Shown here piece after piece: positions 37,501-49,274 of a DNA stretch of 64,000 nt. The stretch covers positions 61,740 to 125,739 of the forward strand of contig NIVC01001742.1 in the NCBI GenBank assembly GCA_002269645.1, in the 5' to 3' direction. This stretch comes from Macrostomum lignano (taxonomy: Eukaryota). The position numbers and the translations under genes are program-made. How positions within the stretch are numbered: position 1 is the stretch's first letter; every line of letters starts with the position of its first letter. The notes below the pieces were generated by a model. The model was given only the letters and a program-made list of their open reading frames with translations, ran no database searches and was not told the origin of the DNA.

Positions 37501-37830
37501 CTCTCAAGGTTTTCTAGGCTTGTTATGGGTTTGAGGCTTTCTCCTCCCCAATTTTGTTTGCTCTATGGTTGTGTTTTCTGTGTGATGGCCAAATAATTTG
37601 TTATAGTTTCATCTCTTAATGTACAACTATTGACCAGACTGAACCCATTTGTCTATTGCCATGTACAGTTTTTGATTTTCTCTATTTAAGTATACTGAAC
37701 TGTGAATCATGAGTGCAAGCCCTGAAGATGACCGCTTGTGTCGAAACGCGTTGGCTATTATAATAATTTCTTATATGTTGGTGTTGGCCTTCGTTTCTCT
37801 ATTATTTATTAAATAAGCATCGCTACCAGA
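37501..37830 (+). mobile_element. Penelope-like element pLTR remnant
   Basis: Contains the ctgaagatg...cgaaacgcgtt hammerhead signature; flanked by 11-bp direct repeat tctcaaaagaa (37490-37500 / 37831-37841). Confidence 0.65.
37718..37756 (+). ncRNA. Minimal type I hammerhead ribozyme (PLE-associated)
   Basis: Stem I agcc/ggct; core CUGAAGA plus U; stem II GAC/GUC with 7-nt loop; GAAA; palindromic stem III AACGCGUU; GUU cleavage triplet. Confidence 0.75.
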
Positions 37831-38354
37831 TCTCAAAAGAATGTTAAATATGTAGTAAAATTTTAGAAATTAATAGTAAAGAATACTTAAAGTTAATGAA
37901 TACATTATTAGAGCTTTTTTTATCATTTTTATTAGTAGTTATTTTAGTTGTAATTTAATTTACCATTTTAACAAATCATCTTATTAAAGATAAGACAATA
38001 CATTATTGATTTTTGCTTTTATATATGTTTGCAATTTTTTTATAGCTTTATAGCTTTCAAGTCGCCAAAAACTAAAATTTCAAAAAATTTGCCCCCGATT
38101 TTTGGATTTCGCCAGAGGGTGAGATAAGAAAAGGTTTCAGTTACAAGCAAGGTAAAGCTAGAAATACTAAAAGAATAAGATTTGTCACCAAAATTGAAAA
38201 TCAAAGCACAATATTTAAAACTGTAAAGTTTAGACAATGGTCTATGGCCAAAATGACCAGTTACTTACAGGCTACTAGACTAATGATTTTTATATTTAAT
38301 TTCAATTAGATAAAGTTGAAAAATAAAAATAAAATATATTAATAGGCTTATAAG

Positions 38355-41300
38355 TAGGCTGTCCAATGAGATTTTGAAAGTAAGAAATAATCTGCTAATC
38401 TAACAATAAAACATTATAGAGGATGTTTGTAGCATTCCAAAAAAACTTCACTCATGAAAATTGAACTAGTAATAAAAAAGTTATAACGATTTTTGTGTTT
38501 AAAAATTTGAACTTTTTAGATGACAAAAATACATTACAATCTGGTTCATTTTTTCGTTCTGGAAAGAATTTTTTGTGTTTAAATAAACATAACTTTCTTA
38601 TTTTTGGCAAGAAATTATTGGCTCTGGTGTCATTTGAAAAAAGAAATTGTTTTCATTTTTTGTGATATATTTGTCATTGTCTATTTATAGAGATATCATT
38701 GGATTTTGTAAAAGAATTCTTAAAAAATATAAAAATACAAGCTACCGGATGCATGATTTTTTTATTCAAACATGGAAAACTTAAAAAATATGGAAGATAT
38801 ACTCTCACTATTTTGTCCTTGTGTTAAGAACATGTATATTAAATATTACATAAAGTTTTTCTGAGAATTAATTATCTAGAGAAAAGATATTGTTGTTTTA
38901 TTCATTTCTATATATAATTAATTTGTACCTTTACTGCACAAATGTATATATTTGACTTTAATCTTTATTATCTCATTAAGTTCTAATATAGGGTACCTAT
39001 GCTATGTAATGTATTTTATTCTTAGTTTACTAGGGAATGATAAATATTATAAAATGTTTTTATCAATTATATTTATATTGCACAACACTAGTTTTGTTGG
39101 CAAAGGCCAATACACTTTTTCATGAACATGGATTTTCAGCCTTCTCATTCAAAGTTAAAATGGCATCATCTTCAAAAGATCGCCTTGTGGTCATTTCAAA
39201 TCAAAGGGCCATCCATTTTTTCGAAAAGGCGAGAAGTAAAAATGAAACAGGCGTTGCTATCGCAACTCGCCTGCTTCGTGCAATGGGGCTCATTTCGGTG
39301 AGCCTTAGTGACAAGTGCAAAGAGGCTCTTCTGCGAAAGGTCCGCCATTGCAAGAAGAAGGCACAAGATTTGTACAGAGATCACAAGCGCGAACTGAAGT
39401 CTGGCAAGCTTCATTCGTCTTATGATGCCTTTCTTGAAGCCAGCTTTGATGTGCCTCAAGTACTTCTCCAAGAGGTGCAGCATTTTGTAGGGAAAAGGCT
39501 GCCAGCTGAGCCCGAACAAGTGGATGATCTTGACATGGGCGACGCTGAAGCTGATCTGCTTCCTAGCACAGATCGCATTCACCAGCAGGCCTCATCCGCT
39601 ATGTCAGTTGAGGAGCAAACTGGCGTCCAGGCAGCTCTGTCGGACATCAATTCCGACCTCCAATGGCAGCTGCGTCAGAAGGAACAGCAGCTCCACGCCC
39701 TGCATTGCCGTCTTGCCAAACGACCTAGTGCCGGCTTTTATACTCGGCAGCTCCAAACTCTGCAATCGAAAGTTGATAGTTCGAAGAAGAAGGTGCAGCA
39801 GCTGCTGCAGGAGAATCTGCGTCAGCGCGAAACGATTTGCGAGCTTCGAGCCCAGGTCAGACAGCATGACCGACAAAGCGTGTCCCAGCAGAGCTTGAAG
39901 CAGAAAGTCGGTGAGCTGCAACGCGAGATTCGCGAGCTCCACAGCAGTCTGGACCAGGTGTCGATCTCTCTGGAGGGGGCGGAGAAAGGCAACTTGATTT
40001 CGACGAAGGAGAACCGCCCCAGAGGAGGACTGCAATACAGTAACCAGGTATGAGATACTTATAAGTTCAATACAATAGTCAATAGCTATAAATTTTATGT
40101 ATGCTATTCTCTATTTTCTTATCAGTATTGTTCTACTTTTGCTGCTACATGTAGTAAAACTAAAATCGAATTTCGAAATTGAACTTTAACTAGGTAATTG
40201 AAACCTGCGTAAAGCTCGTTCTCGACTGCCATGTCCCAGTCCGATATGTGTCCCCGTGCATCCAGCATGTCCTTGCGGGGTTCACATCCTTTGATTCGAA
40301 GTCAATGGAGCTGCCGTCTAAGTCGCTGATTGCTAGCTGTGCATTCAGCGTCGGAAACTGTCTGGCGAAGGCTAGTGGGATGGACAAAACCCTGGCAGTC
40401 ACACAGACAGATCAGCCACTCACGCTGATGACCGACGGCACGTCAAAGAAGGGTCGGCATTACGCTGAGTACCAGGTGAGTTGGAGATGAATGGAGACCT
40501 GCAAAATGCGTGTACATGTACATGGAATAAAATAATTTCCTCGTTTCAATAAAGCCAAGGCATCAAGTTTTCCTAAAGAGTCAGAATAAAAAAATTGGTT
40601 GCATTTTACAGATTGACCTCGGCTCAGCTGACAACCGCCATGTTGGCCTGTCTCTGCGAGAAGTGGAAGGCGGCACCGCGGAAACGTACCTTCGCGAGTT
40701 GGACACCTCTATCGATGAACTTGTAGACACCTTCTGCGCACTAACTTTGGAAGGCAGTGAAGAGGAGCGCCAGAAGATGAAGTACAACGTGATGATGCGC
40801 CTAAAATTTCTGATGACAGATCGCCACGTCGTTAACAAGAGCCTTCAGGTAAGAAATTGAAATATTTGAAGCAAATAAATATATAAATTATAAAAATTTT
40901 GATTATTTACAGAACTAGCGTACTTTTCTACCGCCACCTCACCTGCATCTACGCGTCTACGCAACTCAGGTTCTTCTGAACGACATGCACTCTCAACTGG
41001 CCGGTGAACACGGAAAGGCGCCGCCTCCTCCTGTTGTATCGCTCTTCTGCGGCATGCATGTCATTGTAAACTTGGCTGGTACCGTGGATAAGGGACTGTT
41101 CGACTATGAGAAATGTGCCACGTCTGAGCTAATCGGTTCCGCTGCAATTGGGGGCTTTCGTCCATCAAAGTCAGAGTCAGGTACTCAGCGTCTTATTCGT
41201 ACAACGTGCAAGGCTTTTCATAAGCTGGGAAACGAGCAATGCGGTGTTGCCATGCCATTCGAGTCCTTCCTGGCGTCGAAAGGTGCGCCCAGCTTCCGGA

Positions 41301-44215
41301 TGGAAGACTTTCGCGGTAATCGACTGTACGTCATTTTTCCAAATGGCGGTTATGTCTACCGGCAGAAGGATCTCCTACTGGCCTTTCTGTCGGAATACCA
41401 CTGTAGCAACCGCCTGCTTCTCGCGGTCGAAGCAGACCTCAAATCTGCAATCCTGTTGGCCGGATGCCGTGCTCTGGGCTTGCTCGACCTGTTGCTCATT
41501 CGTCCTCTCTGGTTTCTGCTTCGGGACTCCCGCGTGACCCTAATCGACATGAATGAGCGATATGAGACTGCCTGCAGTTGGCTCCAGCAAATGACATCGG
41601 CTGAGACGGTTGTCCCGACTGCAGAGCTGGAGGGCCCATTTCCGGAGCTTTCCGGTGTTGTGCTTCAGGATGATGATGCATGGGCTTCGTGGGAGTCGCT
41701 GACTTCAGACGAGGTATCTGCGGAGACTAGTCTTGTCGGTCAAGCGCTCAAGGTCAGATATTTTATGTTATTTGCTTAGTCTGGTCACACTTTAATTTAC
41801 AGTACTGTAGTGTACAATGAAGCAGATATACAATTACATGTATCTATTTGAAGTAAAATAACCCATTTTTCATACCCAGGTTCTATGCGCCCATTGTCTT
41901 GTGCTGCTTCAGCGGGAAGTTGCTGATCACCTACAAGGAGGTCGTCTGCGAGATCTGTCTGCCGAGGACACGGCAGCAGCTGCTCAGGCACCAAAAGACA
42001 ATGTAGCTGGAGAGCGGATGTTCGCTGTTTTGGACTACACGGTGCATGGCAAGCCGAACATGAGGCATTTGGCACGCGAGTCAGCTGTTCTTTTCAGCCA
42101 GAACTGCACTGCTGAGTGGCTGGAAACAAAGTCACAGCGCGAAAAACAGCTGATCATGTCGCGGGCCCGAGTCATGGCACCAACCATGGAGAAGCGCGCG
42201 CGCACTTCCGCAGAATTTGTTCGTCGCAGACGTCAGGAGCTATTGCACGACAAGATGCTGGAGAAGCAGCGCAAGCAGGAGCTACGGGCGTCCACTCTGC
42301 AAAATGCCATTGTTGGCATCGAGGCATTCGGTGGCATGTGGCGTAGTGCAGATGACGTGGACAGTCAGCTGGCAGCCTTGTCACCTGCTGAGCATGAGCA
42401 AGCATTAAAAGCTCAGCTCCGGCTCCACAAGGCAACGAGTATGTCCCTATAGCAGAAAAAAATTTATTTACGCATGGAGAATGTTAAGACTTAGGAAAAT
42501 ATTTAGATTTATTTATCAATTCTTTTTTAGAGATTGTCCTACCAAAGGACAAAGTCCACTTGCTGAATTTTTCAGCAGGTGGTGTGTGCTTTTCAACTGC
42601 ACAGCTCCGTGAAAATTTGTGCGAGGTGCTGGGCATTCTGGCACAGACCCCCCAGCAGAACGAGGATGGTCAGCGCACAGCTTCAGTTGCCATGGACTTG
42701 CTGGCCATCCGTGAGGAGCGGGTCAGCACAGTCATCCAAGCCATCTTGGCAAAGGGTGCTAGACAACCTGCTGCTCCCAGGCCAGGCACTGATGCTGACA
42801 GTGGACGATTAGGTCGTGGACGAGGTCGTGGGATGCACAGAGGCGCATCCAATGGTCGCGGACGCAGCCAAAGTTTGTCGCGGTCACGAGGCAGATGTAT
42901 GCATCGTGGGAGTCAATCTGCTAGGCCATCAGCATCAGCCAATTTTGACCACCTCCTCCTAGCTGGCATGCCACGCCTTTGCGATGATCAGCAAATTGAA
43001 ATGCGGTTTCTGTATGTCGATGAAGATGATAAGGAAGAGGAGTATGAAGAGTGGAATTCAGGGCGCATTATTGAGCAGCTTCCTACACTTGGCATCTGCC
43101 ACGACGTGTTCGATTTGCTGTTCTTGGTAGAGTTCAATGACTTCGAAGGGGAGGAATTCGAATACGACTTGTATCGTGACTGGATTGGTGGAGACCTGCG
43201 CCTCCTGTGGAAGTTTATTTAGTGACTTAGTGTCTTGTTTACATTTTCATACAATGTACATGCATCTATGCATATACTATCATTGACAATAATGATTGCA
43301 TTTGCCTTTGGTCAATGGTTAAAAAGAAATGGAAGTAAATTTACTTCTATATTAGGCAGATTGGAAAGAGAAGATGAAGAAATCAACATTTTTTCGAAAA
43401 CAGCATATTTATAAGTATATGTATGCATTTCTACGCAAAAAAATATTTTTTCTACTAAGTAATATATAAGTAGTATGTGCATATTTAGGATCAAAGCATG
43501 AAATCCAGCTTGCGGTATGCATGGTAATGGCTATGAGTAGCTCAAAAAGTTCACCCCCTTATAATTAATTCATTTTCAGCAAAAAAACTTCTGCCGAATA
43601 TAAATTAGAATAGTAAGAAGCAATATCTGCTTTTCAATGGAGATTTACATGTATTTTGATGGTCTACAAAATATACAATAACTATGTTGCGGGAAAAGCA
43701 ACTTACAAAATTCTTTCTGCATGTAATTACTGGTATGCATATCTTTCTAAGAAAAAAGTCAAATTGCTTGCCGATGTGAAGGAAACCTGATTATTTTTGT
43801 ATCAAATTCTTTCAATTGCGATACAGGTGTACAGGAAAAACTTTTTTTCCTTGAAATATTCTAAAAATATAAATTAGAATGTTTACTTTCATACTTATAC
43901 TATCCTTTTTGTTAAAAACGGGTTTTTAAATCTTTAAATTTAGATTTTGTGAAAGCAGTTTTTTCATAAAAAATCAACCAAAAAGGAAAAAACACGAAAA
44001 GTATATTATTTTCAGTTAACAAATAATCACACAAGGATTAATAATTTTACTTGGGGTTTGGCCAGATTAAAGAGTTTTTTTTCTTCTTTTCAGTGTATAT
44101 TTCAGCAGTTCTGTACACACAATACTTTATCCAAAATTTGAAATCAAAGTTGACACTATTTTGTAACTTTTTACGATTTTGTTGACAAACTTTTGTTATC
44201 ACATTGGACAGCTTA
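38355..44215 (+). mobile_element. Full-length 5.86-kb hAT-related (hATm/hATw-like) DNA transposon
   Basis: TIRs taggctgtccaatgagat vs reverse complement taagctgtccaatgtgat (16/18); 7-bp TSD ttataag (38348-38354 / 44216-44222); encloses a spliced transposase. Confidence 0.85.
39160..43222 (+). CDS. Spliced DDE transposase, ~1146 aa, with C-terminal Spindlin-like Tudor domain. Predicted exons 39160-40047, 40194-40475, 40612-40848, 40970-41752, 41880-42438, 42531-43222
   Basis: Five GT-AG introns with compatible phases and no stop codons; motifs LMTDGTS (D), LMTDRH (D), FCGMH (CxxH), GNRL, NVAGERMF (E); N-terminal coiled coil; no BED finger seen. Confidence 0.82.
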
Positions 44216-44606
44216 TTATAAGTTAATTTTTCATAGGCCTTATATTATATAGTATTATATATAAAGAAAAAACTAAATTCAAAAAAAGTTAATAAAAAAG
44301 ATTACTTTATATCCATGGCTCAACTCATTTCTCCTTTATTTATTATAGGGCCTAAATTTTAAAGTTCAATTATAATGTCTTATTTATTGTTATACAAAGC
44401 CTAAGGCTTATTTAGATCTAGAACTATATATTTAGTTTAGAATGAGTTTAGCTCAACAAATAGGCTTAGACTAGGCCCTATGTAAATATAGGCCTTTGAA
44501 CCTTAAACTTATTTATAAATTGTATGTGTCTACATTATTACAAGTTTACTAAGACCATGATGGTATATGCTACCAAAAAGCTTACAAAAAAAATAAAACA
44601 ACTTAC

Positions 44607-44823
44607 CATGGTATGGCTTTGATAGTGAATATTCCTTTTTTAAGAAAAATGATTTTGCACCTTCCATAGATGCAGCTTCCCCATCTTCTAGGAACTCAGC
44701 AAGTGCTGATGATATAGCAAGTAGGCCTATAAATACAGTCAAGAAAATAGACCTAGAAAACAAAGGCTGTTTGTAAAATAAGTCAGAGAATAGGCCTGAG
44801 CTGATAAAAACTGACATTTTCAT
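44607..44823 (-). CDS. LMAN2: VIP36-like lectin, exon 1 (signal peptide; start codon uncertain)
   Basis: IFLTVFIGLLAISSALA signal-like segment, then FLKKEYSLSKPYH G (human LKREHSLIKPYQG); donor gtaagt, phase 1 joining exon 2. Confidence 0.85.
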
Positions 44824-47219
44824 TATAAAATTAAAGCAGAACAAAATAAATATTGATAAGCTTAGCCTATACTCTGTCCGTCTTGACTTCTAGCAAAACT
44901 AGGCCTAGTCAGCAAATGTATAACAATTATAATACCAGTCAGTTACACGCCAAACAAATTGCATAAATCGCGCAAAATCTCAATATAGTTAAAGGCCTAT
45001 ATTAAACACTCCGGTGTAGGGCGAAAGCATGCGTGTGCACATGCTATCTTTTTCGCGGTTAATAACGACAGCAATTTAAAACACTATTTACTTTGAGGTA
45101 CATATCTGTATGACACAAATTATACAAGTGTATGTTTTTACAAATAAAAAATGATACTTATTTTACTTAATAAGTACTGTGAAGTCTTAAGCTTGGTTAC
45201 ATTATTTGATTAATCTTCGAAATAATTTTCGTTTTCGTTTCGCGTGTACTGGAACTAGGCATGTTAGATATCGCATTGTTACTTAGCATATCGCGTGTCG
45301 GATCTTCAATCGCTATGTTGCAGCCTAAGGGGCACTTAATGATTGCGCCTATGATTAGACTATCGTACCATTTTATATTCTAGTAGTAATAAAAATAGTA
45401 GTTGGTAACTTTATGTATTAATTGTCAATGATATTAATAATATTAATGGTAATCATTCCATAATAATTAATAATAATCATCACGAGCAGTCTAGTAATAA
45501 TTGGCGAATTAACTATCTATGGGCTAGCCTATGACATACTCCAAGGCTAGTTCTAATTAAGCCTATAATAGTAAACTAGGCCAACAACATGTCTTACCTA
45601 TATTATATTGTAGGACATGAGTTCTAGAAAAAACTATAATGTGTTTCTAGATAGATATTTTAGAATGGATATTTGATTAATAATACTAGCATTAGGAAGT
45701 CCCATGACTTGTCAATAGCCCTAATAGGATGCAGGCAAATTTTGGCAATAAATAGATTTGGCAATATAAATTTATCATATACAAATTTTGCAAAAAAGCA
45801 AATTTGGCAATAAGTCTTATTTTTTAACTAAATTTAAAGCAAAATACATGTATTATTTTCTTAAACTGCTCTTGAAACTTGTATTCTATAGTAAAACATT
45901 TGTTTAACTAAATATAATAGACATTATAACTTTTACTTAAATAGTTTAGGCCTAACTTTTAGGAATAAACAAACATTTTTGGAAAGCAAAAAATAAGTAA
46001 AAGATGGGCCTAAAAAACTTAATTCTAAAGGAAAGATAATATACATTGACTAATACCATGTAGAGATGTCAATTCCAGTTAACCGGTTAACCTAAAAAAC
46101 TAGTTTTGGCCCCAAAAACTGAGTTTTCAATAACTGGTTTATTTGGTCCAGTTTTGGTCTAATTTTTGCACATCTAAATTATTTTGTTAACAATTTTTTG
46201 CATTTTATTTTATAAACAAGTGTAAATGCCATTATTTTCCTATCATTTTAGGTATACGGCCTTAGTAAATATGACTATTTTTCTAAATCATTAAAAACAT
46301 CTTTGTGCCTGCATAAATAAATCTTTTATACCGTTAATAGTAAATCTTAGTATCATTTAGTAGCCTACAGTATAATCTAGTGATCCTTTTGTTTAAACGC
46401 GTACGCCATATTGATTGTGTTTTCTATATAAGCAAAAGAATATATCAAGAAAAGGAATAACCTGCTTTGTCCGCTGAGACCTCCGCTAGTCTAGTTATTC
46501 AGCGGTTGTAACTGAACATTGTTCTAAAATAGCTCAGTCTTAGTCATTTAAAGGCGCGAAGCTTGTATAGTTAGAAGTGTTCAATACTTCTCTTCCCCCT
46601 ATTCCCCGCTCCCAGGACATTCGGTCCTACCCCCGAGTATTGCCTCTTCCCCTTCTCCCAGCGGAACTGGCGCCCACCTCTTCTGCCTTTCCCCCCTTTT
46701 TAGTGGACAGTCTGTCTGCTCAGGTGTACAGCCTTATTCACTCAGACGTACAGTCTGCCCCGGCATCCTCACCCCCCAACCCTTCCTTGTAGAAATTTCC
46801 CACATTTATTAGGTAGATTGCCTTCTTATCTAATGCTGTATTAGATGGTCAGTCTACTCATGCCAGCATTCCCTATTAGTGTTTAGAAATTCCCCATTAG
46901 TGCGATTTTCCCAGGCAACTCTGATCCATTGCGAAGCCCTTAATTCCCATTCCCCATCTACATTCCCCGGACTGAGAAGAAGAATTGTGTCTTGCCGCTC
47001 GGACATACCATGCCACCAGGAGCAACCTACGGCTTACTCCTGTTAGTAGTTAAAATTGCGAAGTTCGCCCCAAATCCTGAGAAACTCCCAAGAATTCCCG
47101 GTAAACCCTACAACAGTTAGTGTCAGCAATAAGGATAAACTCCCCTCCCCCACAACCCCTACGACAACTTGGTAGCTAAGCAGTGGGATTCTTAAACAGA
47201 GAGCCAGGAGCCCTATAAC

Positions 47220-47496
47220 CATACATGCGCAACCCCCTGATTTTGCACTGGCCATGCGACTTACTTTTTGACCAAAAATGCGACTTACCTGCAAAAGAAA
47301 CCCTATAGCAACATTAACGCAATTTTGGGTAAACGGCAGGAGTAACTATGACTGTCTTGTAAGGGCTAAATGCCTCGTCATCTAATTAGTACTACGTCTA
47401 TATTCTTTGGGGTGAGCATTTTTGCGACTTACCCCTGGTCCACCACAATTTACAGTGGCCAGATCGGCCAGGTCGGCCAACAGTTGTGCATGTATG
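47220..47496 (+). mobile_element. hAT MITE carrying a 28S rRNA-like core (copy B)
   Basis: Same TIRs as 30063-30356; perfect 8-bp TSD cctataac; 28S-like segment at 47327-47390. Confidence 0.87.
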
Positions 47497-48573
47497 CCTA
47501 TAACACAAGCTAAGATTTCATATTGCAATTTATTTTTGTATCATTATATTGCACATTATAATTAATATAAACGATTTTTACCTAAGATTTATATTTATTC
47601 AACCATAATTTACAAATTATGAATCATGATTTGTAGATAATAAAATTTGTATTATGCAAAGGAATAGGGCCTAATCTAATGCTCATATTGGGCCATTCCA
47701 TATAATTATAGTCATAACATGACAGACTATTTTTACTTATAAAATGAAATCTAATAATAGAATATACTAAACCAATATTTTGAATAAAATATTATTTTGT
47801 CAAGAATATGTTTATAAAGTTTCATATAGATATCATCATTAGTATAGATGCTATTAAACCTTGAATGGCACTTATGGTCGTAACAACAGGATTTTTGACA
47901 TATAGAAACTAAAAGGTAAAAGTCTTATAACATTTTTCATTTTTGATATTTTGCAATAATTTTTTTTAATTTGACTAAGAACATCTTTAGAAGTCATACT
48001 CTTTTATTAAAATATATAATCTCAAAAAGGCAACAAAGATACAAAAGAAAAGGCAGCCTTATGGTTATAACATATTTTTTTCTGTCAATTCAGTAACTTT
48101 GAGGTACTATTATATTAAAAATATAATAGATTATATGGTTGCTAATGTTTTTATCTGATGATGCAAGTACTATAATTTTATATATAGTTTTTTTAACCTT
48201 CTAAAGCTTTCTATTTGTTTTTAAAAGGTACATAAACTTAATGATATCTTTTGCTTAGAAAATGTCCAATTTTTTACAAAAATAACTTTTTGCCAATTGA
48301 TAACATACTAATCCAACATTTTATCTTTTTTTTCTTAGATTGTATACATTACATATAAAAAAGATTTGGTAAAAAAATGGCTGATAAGGCAATGACAAGC
48401 AAAAATATTGACTTCTATTTTCCAAATATGTCCATCTTATATGGAATGGGCCTAAGAAAACAATTAGCAACTTTCTCCAAGCATAATACTTCATATGCAT
48501 TCCTTGGCTCAATACCCCAATATAATAAAGCTTTTTCTTACTGTCTTCAGCATTTACTTGCAGCCTCAGCACC

Positions 48574-48969
48574 ATGGCTAGGCCTGGAAAGCAGCGGCAA
48601 TGCTCTCTAGCACTCATATTGTGCACTGCAGTCTATTTAGCAGTCAGTCTGCTTGCCAAATTCGCTGACCTGCCACCCACAGTACTCGCTACTATACTGA
48701 TTGGCTACTTTTTCGTCATAACACAAATTACATTCCTTCTTACTGCCATTGACAGATGTCGAGCCAGAAATGGTGGATGGCGAGTCAGCAAACATGTCCT
48801 GTTTGTCTGTTCCTTCTACGGAGGTGCTCTCGGGCTGATTCTAGCAATGAAATTATGTTGTCACAAGACCTCAAATGAAAAAAGATTTTATAATCGTTCG
48901 CTAGTTTTTGTGCCACTCAATGCTATGTGGGTGCTTGTAATACAGCATTACATAATAGAAATTTATTAA
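48574..48969 (+). CDS. DUF1294/YsdA-like membrane protein, paralog 1 (131 aa)
   Basis: IDRCRARNGGWRVSKHVLFVCSFYGGALGLILAMKLCCHKT fits the DUF1294 pattern DK..A...WR.PE..L.....GG..G...AM....HKT. Confidence 0.75.
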   Translation: MARPGKQRQCSLALILCTAVYLAVSLLAKFADLPPTVLATILIGYFFVITQITFLLTAIDRCRARNGGWRVSKHVLFVCSFYGGALGLILAMKLCCHKTSNEKRFYNRSLVFVPLNAMWVLVIQHYIIEIY

Positions 48970-49021
48970 GGTTATGACACAGAGTAAATTAAAGTTTAAA
49001 ATACTTTTTTATATGCATCTT

Positions 49022-49274
49022 CCCGCTGGGAAAAAATTGCAGCGACGACAGGTTGATGACAACAAGTTGACGACAAGTCACCCTGTCGTCGCCGTGGCAG
49101 TCGACCAATCGGAGGCCGATAGAAAGCTGACAGCGAAGCGCATTTGGAAGCGCGCATTTACTTGAAAAAAATCATACTTATTTTCGTAAATCGATAGTAA
49201 ATCGACAGGGCTGTCGTCTCTAGCCTGTCGTCGCCTGTCGTAACCGTGTCAGTGCTGCAATTTTTCCCAGCGGG
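49022..49274. mobile_element. MITE with CCCG termini, CMC/EnSpm-like
   Basis: TIR cccgctgggaaaaa(a)ttgcagc; TT on both flanks. Confidence 0.75.

Noticed and set aside
39037-39159. Upstream in-frame extension of the transposase ORF
   Set aside because: AT-rich and non-coding in composition; ATG 39160 (aaaATGG context) marks the shift to coding-like sequence.
40913-40918. In-frame TAG if the first AG (40912) is the exon-4 acceptor, suggesting a dead transposase
   Set aside because: In-frame acceptors at 40918 and 40969 bypass it, and 40969 gives a natural continuation (NKSLQ-VLLNDMH). Not treated as a pseudogene, but RNA evidence is needed.
46061-46150. hAT-like end tagagatgtc...ttaaccggttaac
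   Set aside because: No matching opposite end or TSD found nearby; at most a fragment.
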